Positions 24,179 to 36,448 are shown, numbered from the stretch's first letter. The stretch: DNA of 64,000 nt from an uncultured Alphaproteobacteria bacterium (GCA_963756955.1 CAVWPU010000009.1:32434-96433); one strand, 5' to 3'. Notes: generated from the letters alone by a model not told the origin. Made by a program: numbers and translations.

Positions 24179-24368
24179 CGGCGTCGGCATCTTCGGGAAA
24201 TGGCAGCGGAGCGCGAAAGGACATGGCGCATCTGGACGCGTACGTGATCGGGACCTATCCCCAGTTCTACCCCTATTTAGGTGCGACCGGAGGCCCAGAG
24301 GGCGAGCGAAGCACCCAAGTTGCTGGAAGCGGGCTTTCACGAACCCGGTCCATAACAAGTCAGCTATC

Positions 24369-27300
24369 TCATTTGTACTCCCATTCTGCTCCAACGCCGG
24401 CGCTCGAGCCTCCGCTTGCGTCGACTCCCGCCTGAAGCCGGATATGACGAGTAACGTCGAGATCGACGTTGACGCCATTGTCCCGCGGCCGCGCTCCGGT
24501 CGTCACGCCAACGCTGATCCTGTCGTTGATCGCTCGTGTCGCGCCGACCAGCGCGCCTCCTGTCGCGCTGGTCGAGATGTCCAGGCTGTCGACCCCCAGT
24601 GTCTTGCGCACCCGCTCAAAGGCGTCGCCGTTGCCCGAAAGAGTCGCAACCGCGTTGGCCAACTCGATCGCCTGGAAGGCCGACAGGCTGCCGGAGGGCC
24701 GCTGGAACAGAATGCGGGATAGAATTTCATCCTCCGGCAGGCTCGGTTGCGAGGTGATTGTGAAAGCCGGCTGGATCGCGGAGCCGGTGACCGCAATGCG
24801 CGCGGTGACGTCCGTCGCGGCAGTTTCGGCGACGAGATTAAGATCAGGAATCACGTCGCCATGGAACCGGACCTGGCCCTGGGTGAAGACTAGCCGCCGG
24901 CCGGCAAGCGCCAGCGAGCCGCGCAAGAGATCGAATCCGCCTGTCACTTGCGGGTCCCCCGCCGACCCGGCGACATGCAGATTGCCGCCCACTTCGGCGT
25001 AGATGCCGCGGCCGCGGACGAAAATGCGATTGGCCGCCGAAATCGTGAGGTTGAGCGTCGCGTCGAACAGGGGCGTCCGAGCGCGGGCGGCCCTGCTCTT
25101 AGCGATCATGGCAAGGCGAGCCTCGGCCGTGGGGGTCGGATTGACGTGCCTCGTGCCAGGAATGGGAGCGGAGACGCCGCTGAAGCGGTCGGGCACGGTG
25201 ATGTCCATAGAATCAATCGTGATGCGGCCGTCCAGATTAGGCTTCCTGGCGAGGTTGCCGCTGACGGTCAGCGCAAGATCGGCGGTCGCCGCCACGATAC
25301 TGTTGGCCACGACCTGGGCGTGCTTGCCGGTCACGCGAACTGAGCCGGGGAAACCGGCTGCCGGATCGAACCGCACCTCGCCGTTGGCTGAGATCGAACC
25401 GCCGTCGGGGGTGGCGCCGCTCAATCGGTCGATACGAATCGTCGCTCCGTTGGCGACGACGGTTCCCGCAATTCCAGTTAGCTTGAAGCCGGTCTCGTCG
25501 TCGCGGAATTCGCCATTCGCCAGTTGCAGTGATCCCTGCGGTTGAGGTTTGGCGACGGTCCCGCGGACCTGAAGCGCAAGCGTGAGCGCACCGGTCATTC
25601 GACGGCCGGAAAGAGACAGAGCGTTGTTCGCAAGTCCCGCGTCGAGGCGGCCGTCGATCCTCAAATCGAGCGGCCCCTCATTCAACAGCGGCGCCGAGCC
25701 GGTAACACGGATTGAATTGGGACCGCCTAAGTTGGCCGCAATGTCGACCGAGGTCCGTCCCGCGGCGAGCCGGCCCGACCCTACGACGTCGAGCGGCGGC
25801 AGGGCGTTGCTGCGCGTCTGCGGGAGGCTGACCTGTCTGAGCCTGATGCGCCAGTCGCCGGATGGGTCGCTCGGTGTGCCCCGGATGCTCGCGTCGCCGT
25901 CGGCTGTTCCAGACACGCCAAGGCCTGGTGAAACCAGATCGAGTGCGGCGAGCGGCAACGCAGTCGCTGTTCCGCGGAGGTCAAGCGTAGCCCCGGCACG
26001 GCCCGACAGCGATAGTCGGCCAGAATCGACGCGCAACGCGAAGTTCTGGATGGCGACGCCACCCTTGTCGTAGGTCAGCGTCGCCGGACCGGCCAGTCCA
26101 ATCTTTCGGCCGGCGCCCTGCGCGGTGAAGCTTGCAAGATCGACGCGGATCGGCGTCCCGCCTGACAGACGGCCGTGGGCTTTCAGCGCAAGCCCGCGCG
26201 CCGAGCCCACGAAATCGAGGTCGCTCGTATCGCCCTGCCCCACAGCCGTCAGCTTGATGGCGGAGATTGTCTGCCCAGCGAGTTCAGCTCGAGACAGGCT
26301 GGCGAGCCCGGAGACGTCCCGGGCGCCCCAAAGATCGCCGATTTCGAGGTCTACCTTCAGGCCTCCAAAGGTGTTGGCGCGGAACGCCATCCGGTCGCTG
26401 CTCGCGGCGATCGCGACCCCCTGCCGACCCCCTGCGGCCGAAGCGGTCACTTTCGCTTGCAGCGCGCCGCTCATCTTGGTCAGTACGAGCGGCGAGAGAT
26501 CGTCGAGATTGGCGGCGCTGAAGCTGAACTCGCCGTTCGCCATTTGGTCGGCCCCAATCGCGACGGCGCCACCCAGCCGGACCGAGGCCAACGTCACCGC
26601 GAGATTGTCAAGGCGCCAGCCGCCGTCAGCGGTTTTCGCGACATGGGCCGAGCCTTGCAACTTGTTGCCGTCAATGTCGCCGGAGGCCGATGCGTTCGCC
26701 TCGACCTGACCGGTAATGTGCGCCGCCTGCGCCTCCAACGTCACGCCAGACGTCTTGCGGTCGAGCAACAGCCCTTCGCTCAATGTTGCGTTCAGTGCGG
26801 CGCTGAGGTCGTCCGGGACGCCGGTTAGCCTTGCGACCACCTGCGCCTTGCCGGAGACACGCGGGTCGAGGACGCTGGCCTGCGGCAGATCGACGTTGGC
26901 GTCGAGATTCACTTTGTCCGGCCCGAAATCGCCGTTGAGCCGCGCCGACGCGTGCGCTCCCCTCGCCGCAAGATCCGTGAAGACGAAGCCACCCGCGGGA
27001 GTCGTTCGCGCGGCGCCGGTCAGGCGGAGGTCGCCGCCCGTGAGGCGGTCAAGTATCGGGTAAGCCGTGGCGAGACGCGTCACGCGCGCGTCGATCGTCG
27101 CGGTGAGCGCGCCATAACTTGGAGCGCCATCGAGATCGGCCGTCGCCCGCGCCTCGCCTTTGAGAGCGGTTCCGGCAAGAGCCGCGAAGCGGCTGAGGTC
27201 GCGCGCGATGATCTCTGCGCGACCGTGGAGCTTCCTCGGAGCGAGCAGGCCGGAATAGCGGACGTCGAAATCGTGTGACGTCAGATCGAGCGCGTCAAAC

Positions 27301-28640
27301 GATATGTCGCCGCCGACGGTGGCCGTCCCATGCAGATTAAGTTTCGCCTCGCTGCCAACCGCGCTGGCGAGAGCGGGATCGGCAAGCGCAAGGCCGCTCA
27401 TCGCTGCCCGACCCTCGAAAGCGATCTGCGTCGTCTCTTGGTTGAGCGAGCCGTTGGGAACGGCGCGGAAGCTCGCTGCGATGTGGTCGAGCGAGCCTTG
27501 CTCGACATGGATGTCGCCCGCTTCGAACGAACCTTCCGTGACAGGGCTCAAGGCCGGCCCCACGATCGAGGCGTTGAGGTCGAGCTTGCCGATCTGCGTG
27601 GCGCCCGGAATGGCGCCGGCGTGGACTTTCAGCCCTACCGTGTTGTCCGCCGACTTGCCGCCCACGATATCGAGACGGGCGTTGGCGGAAACGAGATGCA
27701 GGCCGGGTGTCGCGATGGTGGAATCATCGTCGAAGAACATATCTCCTTTGAGCGTCGTATCGCCCGCCAGGACCGGGCGAACTACGGCAGGGGTCATCCC
27801 TTCAAGTCGGGAGTTGAGATCGAGCGTGAGCTTCCGCCCCGCACCCTGCCGTGCAACGACGACGTCGCCGCGCGCCCACACATCGGCGCCCGCGGCGAAA
27901 TCGAGCTTGGCGTCGAAATTGTCGAGCGCTCCCGCGCCGTTGAAACCGAGTTTCACCGGCGGCAGTCCGGGCAGATTGGCAAGATGAGCGAAGATGCCTC
28001 CCGCAGGCTCGTCGGAATTCACCGCGACGGTGAGTTTGTCGGTCGCCGGGACATAGGTCATGAAGGCCTTGAATTCGCCCGGCGCGTCGAGTCGCTTGGA
28101 AGTCAGGCTGAGGTCGAGTCCCTCCGAGGGCGGCCCCAGCGTCGCTTTGCCGTCGATTTGCAGGCGCGCGGCGACGCCGACGACAGGCTCGTCCAGCGAC
28201 AGTTCCTGCACGCCGAACTGCTTGACGATCACTTTCAGCGGCAGTTCGGGGAGAATTGAGCGTGGGCCGCTATCGGGCGGGGGCGGCGTATCCGCCGGCA
28301 GGGGGCGGCGTAGGAAGTGCATGCGCCCGATGGTCAGTTGATCAACCTCGAGTCGGCGGCTGAAGAGAGCCAACCGATTCCAGATGAGACGGATCTTGTC
28401 GATTTTGAGCCATGGCCCGTTCCGATCGGACAATACGACATCACTGATCGAGGCGTCGGAGGACAAGGCGCCATTGACCGCGCCAATCGAGACGCTCGTC
28501 GCCTCCGAGGACAAGGCCTTCGAGAGAAGGTTGGCGAGAACGCCCCTGTCGTCTTCGGCTGCGCGCGCGGGCGGCCAGAGGGCGAGCGCTCCGAAAATCA
28601 GCCCCAGGAGGACCCCGAGAGTGGCGAGCCGCCGCGGCAT
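24369..28640 (-). CDS. tamB: translocation and assembly module protein TamB
   Basis: 1423-aa beta-taco-like protein with a DUF490-type C-terminus (IFVRGRGI..E.GG.L, LPEDEILSRILF, GVGAEWEYK); overlaps the tamA stop. Confidence 0.88.
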   Translation of the reverse strand: MPRRLATLGVLLGLIFGALALWPPARAAEDDRGVLANLLSKALSSEATSVSIGAVNGALSSDASISDVVLSDRNGPWLKIDKIRLIWNRLALFSRRLEVDQLTIGRMHFLRRPLPADTPPPPDSGPRSILPELPLKVIVKQFGVQELSLDEPVVGVAARLQIDGKATLGPPSEGLDLSLTSKRLDAPGEFKAFMTYVPATDKLTVAVNSDEPAGGIFAHLANLPGLPPVKLGFNGAGALDNFDAKLDFAAGADVWARGDVVVARQGAGRKLTLDLNSRLEGMTPAVVRPVLAGDTTLKGDMFFDDDSTIATPGLHLVSANARLDIVGGKSADNTVGLKVHAGAIPGATQIGKLDLNASIVGPALSPVTEGSFEAGDIHVEQGSLDHIAASFRAVPNGSLNQETTQIAFEGRAAMSGLALADPALASAVGSEAKLNLHGTATVGGDISFDALDLTSHDFDVRYSGLLAPRKLHGRAEIIARDLSRFAALAGTALKGEARATADLDGAPSYGALTATIDARVTRLATAYPILDRLTGGDLRLTGAARTTPAGGFVFTDLAARGAHASARLNGDFGPDKVNLDANVDLPQASVLDPRVSGKAQVVARLTGVPDDLSAALNATLSEGLLLDRKTSGVTLEAQAAHITGQVEANASASGDIDGNKLQGSAHVAKTADGGWRLDNLAVTLASVRLGGAVAIGADQMANGEFSFSAANLDDLSPLVLTKMSGALQAKVTASAAGGRQGVAIAASSDRMAFRANTFGGLKVDLEIGDLWGARDVSGLASLSRAELAGQTISAIKLTAVGQGDTSDLDFVGSARGLALKAHGRLSGGTPIRVDLASFTAQGAGRKIGLAGPATLTYDKGGVAIQNFALRVDSGRLSLSGRAGATLDLRGTATALPLAALDLVSPGLGVSGTADGDASIRGTPSDPSGDWRIRLRQVSLPQTRSNALPPLDVVGSGRLAAGRTSVDIAANLGGPNSIRVTGSAPLLNEGPLDLRIDGRLDAGLANNALSLSGRRMTGALTLALQVRGTVAKPQPQGSLQLANGEFRDDETGFKLTGIAGTVVANGATIRIDRLSGATPDGGSISANGEVRFDPAAGFPGSVRVTGKHAQVVANSIVAATADLALTVSGNLARKPNLDGRITIDSMDITVPDRFSGVSAPIPGTRHVNPTPTAEARLAMIAKSRAARARTPLFDATLNLTISAANRIFVRGRGIYAEVGGNLHVAGSAGDPQVTGGFDLLRGSLALAGRRLVFTQGQVRFHGDVIPDLNLVAETAATDVTARIAVTGSAIQPAFTITSQPSLPEDEILSRILFQRPSGSLSAFQAIELANAVATLSGNGDAFERVRKTLGVDSLDISTSATGGALVGATRAINDRISVGVTTGARPRDNGVNVDLDVTRHIRLQAGVDASGGSSAGVGAEWEYK

Positions 28641-30631
28641 CAGAAGGCCTGTCCAATGCTGACATAGATGGCGACCGGCCCGGCGCCGTTGCGCTTTTCG
28701 AGCGGGAAGGCGACGTCAGCGCGGATCGGGCCGATCGCCGTGTAGTAGCGCAGTCCGATACCGACGGATTTGTAGAGCGGCGCGCTGAAGTTTGGAAAGT
28801 TCGACGTATAGGCGTTGCCCGCGTCGAAAAACGGCACGACCCCGATCGTGTCGGTCACCTTCACCCGCAATTCCGCCGAAGCTTGGATGAGACTTCGCCC
28901 TCCGATCACCGCGCCAAACGGGCCAATCGGTCCGAGGCTGTTATAGGCGTAGCCTCGCACCGAGCCGCCGCCGCCCGCATAAAAACGCCAATTGGCTGGA
29001 ATGTCATCGAGCGCCGCGCCGCCCATCGCCCCCGCGCTGATCAGTCCGGCGAGCACAAAGCGCGAATCGGGGTCTAGCGCGTAATAGGCAGAGGCGCGCG
29101 CCTTCCCCTGCACGAGGTCGACGGTCGAGCCAAGAGCGGTCGGATACCCCGCGACAGAGGCGTTCAGGCGTACGCCTTGCGTCGGGTCGAGCTTGCTGTC
29201 GGTGGTGTCGTAGTTGGCGGAAAGCGGCACGCCGACCAGCGTGTAATTGACCCGGCCTAGCACGTCCGTCGAGACGCCCGTCTGCGCCTCGATCCCCGCC
29301 TGCACCCAAAAGTCCTGAGTGAAGCGATGACGAAGAGCCACGGTCGCGTCGGCGTCCTCGACCTGATAGCCGAGAAAGCCGGCGCCGCTGGTGCTCATGC
29401 GCTCGCCTAAAGCGTCGACGAGGAGGTCGTTTGGCGTTCCCCACAAGGCCGGCTTCAGGAAGCTTCCAGAGAAGCGCCACCCAATGTCGTCGATCGAAAA
29501 GCTACGAATATCCTGCGAGGTTACGAACCAAGGCGGGGCGTAGAAGACGTCAGCCTGAAGACGCAGCCGCTCGGCGCCCCCGAAGACGTTACGGTCCTCC
29601 CAATAGACTTGGCCAGCAGGACCGTTGGTCGTCGAATATTTCGCCGAGGCGCCCACGGCGTAAGGCAGCCTATCCTCAACATCGACCGTGTAAGGCAGGC
29701 GGCCATAGGCGTCGAGTGTTGTCCCCTCGGTGATCCGCACTCCGCCGACCGCCGGAATTTGGCGGATGGTATTCCGCGCGTCTTCGATTGCTCGCGGCGA
29801 GTAGGGATCGCCCGGATGGATATAGAGGAAGGAGCGCGCGATAGCCGGATCGAAGTTGTTCGGCCCGTTCATCGTCGCTTCGCCAAACGGGGCGATTGGC
29901 CCCGGGTCGATCGTGAACGTCACGTCCATCACATGAGCGGCGTGATCGACGACAGGGGCGAGCGACGCGACCTTGGCGAGCGGCCGCCCCTGATTGCGGA
30001 AATAGTCGACGATCCGGGTCTGCGCCGCCCGCAGGTCGGCGGCCGCAGCGGGGTCGCCGGGCTTGAGGCGGACGATTCGGGGCGGCAGCTCGGCTTCCAA
30101 AAACTCGGCGCCGCCAGGGGCAAGCACGCGGATCGAGCGGAGCGTGAATAGCGGCCCGCGATCGACGTTGATGGACACCGGCGCAACAGCCCGGTTGCGG
30201 TAGCTTTCTGCAGCTTGCGCAAAGCCCGCTATATCGCTGGTCAAGATAGTCAGATGGGCTCGATCGATCGAGATCGTGACACGGGCGTCGTAGTACCCTG
30301 CGCCCCACATCGCATCGATGATCGGGCCGAAATCGCTTTCCGCGCGCCGGGCGAGCGCGTCCCCGTCGGGCGGCGCGTCCTTGCGGAGCTTATAGAGCGA
30401 TGAGGCGTCCATGACCGCGTTCTTGAGTGCGGCGTCTCCTCCATCAACGTCGACCGTGACGGCATAGGAAATTATCGTAGGCGAGACTGGCGGCGGGCTT
30501 TCGTCCGAGCCCCAGAGCCCAAAGAAGTCGAAGGCCAGAGCGCTATCCAGGTTGCTGAACGCGACCATGGCCGCTGCTAACGCGACGACTAAACACACAC
30601 TTACGCGATCAGGCAGGCCTGATACGACCAT
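28640..30631 (-). CDS. tamA: Omp85-family autotransporter assembly factor TamA
   Basis: POTRA-like N-terminus, RFYAGGGGSVRGY, GLRYYTAIGPIRADVAFPL, terminal IGQAF. Confidence 0.9.
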   Translation of the reverse strand: MVVSGLPDRVSVCLVVALAAAMVAFSNLDSALAFDFFGLWGSDESPPPVSPTIISYAVTVDVDGGDAALKNAVMDASSLYKLRKDAPPDGDALARRAESDFGPIIDAMWGAGYYDARVTISIDRAHLTILTSDIAGFAQAAESYRNRAVAPVSINVDRGPLFTLRSIRVLAPGGAEFLEAELPPRIVRLKPGDPAAAADLRAAQTRIVDYFRNQGRPLAKVASLAPVVDHAAHVMDVTFTIDPGPIAPFGEATMNGPNNFDPAIARSFLYIHPGDPYSPRAIEDARNTIRQIPAVGGVRITEGTTLDAYGRLPYTVDVEDRLPYAVGASAKYSTTNGPAGQVYWEDRNVFGGAERLRLQADVFYAPPWFVTSQDIRSFSIDDIGWRFSGSFLKPALWGTPNDLLVDALGERMSTSGAGFLGYQVEDADATVALRHRFTQDFWVQAGIEAQTGVSTDVLGRVNYTLVGVPLSANYDTTDSKLDPTQGVRLNASVAGYPTALGSTVDLVQGKARASAYYALDPDSRFVLAGLISAGAMGGAALDDIPANWRFYAGGGGSVRGYAYNSLGPIGPFGAVIGGRSLIQASAELRVKVTDTIGVVPFFDAGNAYTSNFPNFSAPLYKSVGIGLRYYTAIGPIRADVAFPLEKRNGAGPVAIYVSIGQAF

Positions 30632-31039
30632 TCACTCGTACGCCTTTCCCCCGATTGACTTGGGACATGTCTTCTGAGCCGATCGGATAGAACTATTTTG
30701 CGCGTCAAAAGTCTAGACCGCGCCGTAGCCTGGTAGAGCGCGGCGTTGTGCGGCTCTCTCAGGATAAAGCGGCCGCAAGACAGACCAACGCCATCGAGCT
30801 TAACAAATCGCGAACCTGATACGGCGCCCGAAAGATGCTGCCGCGACCCTCAGCCCTCTGTCGCTGAAACAAACAGACCTTGGACTGGCCAAAAATGTAC
30901 ACCAAAAACTGGCTCCAAGCGGAGCGTCACGGTCCCCCCTACAACCGAGCGGCGCTGTCGCCCTATCTGGGCGAGTATCTCCAACAGCCATGTCCGCCCC
31001 GGAAAGGCGCCCGACAGCCGTGCATCGCCATGACAGTTA

Positions 31040-31405
31040 TTACGCCGGACTGCAGTCGATTTCGTTGGTCACCCCTGCCACGCCTCGTATCGTTCGGGCG
31101 TCGGCTTCGGCACGCGACTTCTCATAGTCGCGGCGCACCTGTCCCGTCAGCGTGACCCAACCGCGATCCACTCTCACCTGCACGCGATCGCGAGGAACCG
31201 CCAGGTCCCAGTGAAGCGCGGTCATGACGGCCAATTGAATTCGGTCGTCGCTCAACCCTTCCCCCTCGGGCCTATCTTCCGCCGAGAGCTCGAAGTGCAA
31301 GGGCTGGGCGGTCGGGGAACGCGCTGGAACACTGGTTGCGCTTGCGCGTTGAAAAAACTCTTTCCCAGAAATCTGCCCCACCGCGGCCTCCTGTCGCCGC
31401 TCCAA
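31040..31405 (-). CDS. BON domain protein
   Basis: SDDRIQLAVMTALHWD...VQVRVDRGWVTLTGQV...AEADARTIRGVAGVTNEI. Confidence 0.8.
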   Translation of the reverse strand: MERRQEAAVGQISGKEFFQRASATSVPARSPTAQPLHFELSAEDRPEGEGLSDDRIQLAVMTALHWDLAVPRDRVQVRVDRGWVTLTGQVRRDYEKSRAEADARTIRGVAGVTNEIDCSPA

Positions 31406-31430
31406 CTTCGGAGCGTTTTGCCTGAGCCAG

Positions 31431-31455
31431 AACGGCCGGAGCGATCTTTGGTTCC
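31431..31455 (-). promoter_or_regulatory. EcfG-type general-stress sigma promoter (BON gene)
   Basis: Minus strand GGAAC-N16-CGTT, exact consensus. Confidence 0.65.
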
Positions 31456-31508
31456 GCTAGAACCAGCTTGGGGAACGAAAAAGCAGACCTTGAAGGCGCG
31501 GGCGCCAG

Positions 31509-31533
31509 GGAACGCGATATCGGTCTGAAGGTT
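31509..31533 (+). promoter_or_regulatory. EcfG-type promoter (glgX)
   Basis: GGAAC-N16-GGTT, ~60 nt upstream of ATG 31592. Confidence 0.55.
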
Positions 31534-31591
31534 GTCTAAATCGCGCGTATAAGGAACTCAGGCTGACCGAGGCCGTCAGAAGGGGGCACGA

Positions 31592-33723
31592 ATGCAGATA
31601 AGCGAAGGCAAGCCGTATCCGCTCGGAGCGACCGCGGACGAGAAGGGCGCCAACTTTGCCGTGTTCTCCGCAAGCGCGACGCGGGTAGAAGTCTGTTTTT
31701 TTGACACGGATGGCAAACGCGAGATTGGCCGCTTCGAATTGCCCGAGCGCACCGATGAGGTGTTCCACGGCCACGTGACGGACGTCGGACCGGCGACGCT
31801 CTACGGATTTCGCGTTCACGGTCCCTACGAGCCCGACCGCAGGGCATCGCTTCAATCCCAACAAGCTGCTGCTTGACCCTTATGCGCGCGCGCATTCCGG
31901 AAAGTTGACGTGGGACCCCGCCGTGTTCGGATACACAATCGGCGCGAAGGAGGACGACCTAACCTTCGACAAACGCGACAGCGCGCCGTTCGTACCGAAG
32001 TCTGTGATCGTGGATCCAAATTTCGACTGGCATGGCGAATATCGGCGGCGAAACGTTCCGTGGGAAGCCACCATAGTCTACGAGACGCACGTCAAGGGCT
32101 TTACGAAGTTGCACCCGGAGGTCGACGAGAAGTTCAGGGGCTTTTACGCGGGGCTCGGCGCGAAACCCGTTGTCGACTACATCAAATCGTTGGGCGTCAC
32201 GACCGTCGAGCTTCTGCCCATTCACACCTTTGTCGACGACGATTACCTGCTAGAGAAAGGCCTCAAAAACTACTGGGGCTATAACTCGATCGGCTTTTTC
32301 GCGCCCGACCCTCGGTACGCCTCGGACGTGCCGAACTCTCTACGCGAATTCAAGGAAATGATTGCGCGCCTGCACGACGGCGGCCTCGAAGTGATCCTTG
32401 ACGTCGTCTACAATCACACGGCGGAGGGGAACGAGCGGGGTCCGACGCTGTCGTTCAAAGGCATCGACAACAAGTCCTACTACCGCCTGATGCCCGACGA
32501 GCCGCGCTTCTACATCAACGATACCGGCACCGGCAACACGCTCAACCTCAGCCACCCGCGCGTCATCCAGATGGTCGCGGACAGTTTGCGCTATTGGGTA
32601 ACAGAGACGCGGGTGGACGGATTCCGCTTCGATCTGGGGACGATCCTGGCGCGTGAGCCCGACGGTTTCAACACCGAGAGCGGCTTCTTGAAGGTTGTCG
32701 GCCAGGACCCAGTGCTCGCCGACGTCAAGCTGATCGCCGAGCCGTGGGACTGTGGCCCCGGAGGTTATCAGGTGGGCGGCTTTCCACCGGGCTGGGCCGA
32801 GTGGAACGACCGGTTTCGCGATGACGTGCGCGATTTCTGGCGGGGCCATTGCGACGGTAAAGGAATTGGCCCCCCGTCTCTGCGCTTCCCCGGACAAGTT
32901 CAACTTCCGCGGTCGAAAACCCTGGGCGAGCGTCAACTTCGTCGTCGCCCACGACGGCTTCACGCTCAATGACGTCGTTTCCTACAACGACAAGCACAAC
33001 GAGGCGAATGGCGAGGACAATCGCGACGGAAGTTCCGACAACCGGTCATGGAACTGTGGCGCGGAAGGGCCCACCGAAGACAAGGCGATCCAAACCCTCC
33101 GCTGGCGTCAGCTTCGCAACCTGCTCGCCACGCTGATCTTGTCGCAAGGCACGCCGATGGTCTGCGCTGGCGACGAGTTTGGCCGGACGCAGAACGGCAA
33201 CAACAATGCTTATTGCCAGGATAACGAGATCAGCTGGGTCAATTGGGAAATGGATGAGGAGCGCCTCTCGCTCTTGACCTTCTTCCGCCGGCTGACGTCG
33301 GCGTTCCATCTCTATCCGGTGTTGCGCCGCTCGCGCTTTTTGACCGGCGAAATGAATCCGGACCTCGAGGTGAAAGACGTCGCATGGATCGATCCGGTCG
33401 GTTCGGAGATGACGGACGAGGCCTGGGACAATGGTATGCGCTGCTTTGGCATGCTGCTCGACGGCCGCGGGCAGGCGACAGGCATCAAGAAGCGAGGGGG
33501 GGACGCCACGCTCCTCATGGTGTTCAACGCCCACCATGAGACCGTCGAGTTCACCTTGCCGCCATGCTACGAAGCGGAGGGATGGAAACGGCTGTTCGAC
33601 ACGACCGATCCAAAATTGGACGCGAACCAATTTGAAATCGGCGCTGTTTACGAGGTGACCGCTCGCTCTATGCTCCTGTTTGAGCGTGTGCCTGAAAAGA
33701 CGGACCGCCAATCGGCCAATTGA
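31592..33723 (+). CDS. glgX: glycogen debranching enzyme (frameshifts ~31840 and ~32850)
   Basis: GKPYPLGAT, NYWGYNSIGFFAP, LDVVYNHTAEG, DGFRFDL, LIAEPWD, NFVVAHDGFTL, GNNNAYCQDN. Confidence 0.93.
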
Positions 33724-33734
33724 CGCGGGCCCCT

Positions 33735-36448
33735 TTATTGGGCCACGAGCACGGCGAACGGCAGCGGATGCAGCCACTCATTCAGAGGAGCGCCGACAGA
33801 CGCCTCCTTGCCGCGAAACAGGTCGAACCAGCGGCCCTCCGGCAAGCGCGCCGTTGCGCTCCACCTGGGCTCGGTTTCTCGATGCGCGGGATAGCGCGCG
33901 ATGAGGACAGCGAGCTTTCGGTCTCCGGAGGCGCGCACATAACCGAAAGCCCAATCCGATCGGTCTCCCTCAATGACAATCGGCTGATAATCGCCATTGC
34001 TGAACAGCTCGGGCTCGTCGCGCCGGAGAGAAAGCAGAAGAGCGGTCGTCGCCAGCTTCACCCGGCCGTCCTGCCACTCGCCCATGAGCTTCTCGAACAG
34101 CGCCGACCGCTTTTCCGGAACTGTGAGATAGGCGGCGACATCCGCGATGGCCGCGTGCCGCTCACCGAAATCGACGGGACGCCGATTGTCGGGATCGACA
34201 AGGTTGAGGTCCCACAACTCGCAGCCCTGGTAAATATCGGGGACGCCCGGCGCGGTGAGTTTGCCCACCGTCTGAGCGAGACTGTTCTCGATTCCAAGGC
34301 GCGCCACACGCCGCACGAACGGGAGGAAATTGGATCGGAACGTATCAGACCGCAACGCCTCCTGCGCGAACGCCTGCGTCGCCTGCTCGTAGTCGACGTC
34401 GGGCGCCGCCCAACTCGAGCGGCGCTTCGCCTCGCGCAATGATTTCTCCAGTGCGGAGTGAATGCGGGCGCCGTAAGCCTCCAGCTGCGCGGCGCTGGGA
34501 GCGTCAAGCATGTCGATGGGCCAGGAGCCCACGAACATCTGGTAGAGCATGTATTCGTCGTCGCGGTCCGGAGCGAGCTGCGACGCTCCACGTCGCCGCG
34601 TCTCGCTCGCAAGATCCGGGTCCAGGTTTCGACCTGCCGCCGCCATTCCTCAGGCATTTCGGAAAGAACAGCGAGCCTCGCCCGATTGTCTTCGCCACGC
34701 TTGGTGTCATGCGTCGCGGTCGCCAGCATGGCGTGCGGCCAGTTCTGAGCGCGCGCGGCGTTCGCCTTGTGAAAGAGCGCAGGGGCGAGGCCAAATCGCT
34801 CCGGCGCGCCGCCGACTTCGTTGAGCGCGACGAACCGATTGTAGCGATAAAAGGCGGTGTCCTCGACGCCCTTGGCCATCACGGGTCCTGAGAACTGTTG
34901 CACCTTCATCGCGAAGCGCAGCGCTGCGGTGTGGCTGAGCTCCTGAGTTGGCGGCTGTTCCGTTTCCGCCATCAGCATGTTCTGCAGGAAATCGAAAGCG
35001 GATGGATGAACATCCGGGTCGGAACGCCGGGCGCGCGTCATCGCCCAGGCGATATCCCGCCGGTCAGCGTCGGCCGGCATCCCGGCAAAGTCGAGATAGG
35101 TTCGGTAGACGGGAAAGTTCGCGACGACTTGTCTGATCGCGCGCTGGAGCAGAGCGCGCGTCAGATCCGCCGTCATCGGACTTTCGCCGGCCAATTGCGC
35201 GGCGCGGCGCCCGAGCGCGTTGAGTTCGCTCGCCATTTCATTTTCCATGATCCTGAGCTTGCCGTCGCGCGCAACAGCCGCGAAATCCTGGTCTTCTCCC
35301 GCAAGATCGTAATAGGCCCGGGTGAAGGCCTGCTCGCTGCCGGGATCCACCAGCACGCCAAGCGCAAGGTTGGTGTAGTCGTAACCCGTCGTGCCCTCGA
35401 CGGGCCAGTCCGCCCGCAACGACTCGTGCGGCGCCAGGATCTTCTCGACGACCAGATAAAACGGCGCCTTCGCGCCGGCCCGCAGCGCGTCGAGATAGGC
35501 CTTGGGATCAAAGAGGCCGTCGATATGATCGATCCTGAGGCCATCGATTTCGCCGCTTTCAAGCATGCGGAATATGCGGGCATGGACGTGGTCGAAGACC
35601 GGACCCGCCTCGATGCGCAAACCGGCAAGATCGTTGATGTTGAAGAAGCGGCGGTAGTTGATCTCGTCCTCGGCCACGCGATGAAAGGCGACGCGCCAGA
35701 ACTGCTCGCGGATGAGCCGATCAAGTTCGCGCCAATCGCTGTTGAACTCGTCAACCCGGGCTTCGATCGCCGCGCGGACGCCTTCATCCTTGTTGGCGAG
35801 CACAACGAGCTCGCTCTTCAGCGCCCGCGCCCTCTCCGCCACCTGCGGGCGCCATTGGGGCAGGTCGAGAAAGAGGTCGGCCATCCGGTCGAGCGCCGGG
35901 TGCTGACGCCCGAGGATGAGCGAAAAGGTCAGCGGGTGGATCGGCAGCTTGTGAGCGTCATAGGCCCAGACGGCGAAACCTCCGTCCTCTTCGAAATGGA
36001 GCTTGAGTTTTCCCGATCTCAGCTCCTCGCCATATTGTGCGCCAAGCACAGGCGCGAGCAGCTTGCCATCTTGCGCCGACCAGTCGATGTCGAACCAGCC
36101 GGCATATTGGGAATAGGGACCCCATTCCAGGACATCGAGCCACAGCGGATTGTCAGCGCCCCAGACGCCCACGTGATTGGGCACGATGTCCAGGATTCGC
36201 CCGAGCCCCTGATCGCGGAAGGCGTCGATCATCGACGAGAAATCATTTTCCGTGCCCAGTTCCGGATTCAATTGGTTATGATCGGTGACGTCATAGCCGT
36301 GCACGCTGCCTGGTCGCGCCTTGAAGATCGGAGAGAGGTAGACGTGGCTGACGCCGAGTTGCGCGAGATAAGGCGCGATCTCCGCCGCGTCATTGAAACC
36401 AAAGCCGGCGTGGAGTTGCAGACGATAGGTCGCGCGAGGAGCGGTCAT
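33735..36448 (-). CDS. treY: malto-oligosyltrehalose synthase (frameshift ~34575)
   Basis: PRATYRLQL, GSVHGYDV, DIVPNH, INYRRFFNIN, GLRIDHIDGL, TATHDTKRGED, GVPDIYQGCE. Confidence 0.94.

Noticed and set aside
24180-24365. Short coding-looking stretch MAHLDAYVIGTYPQFYPYLG
   Set aside because: No recognisable family, and it runs antisense into the tamB end; support is insufficient.
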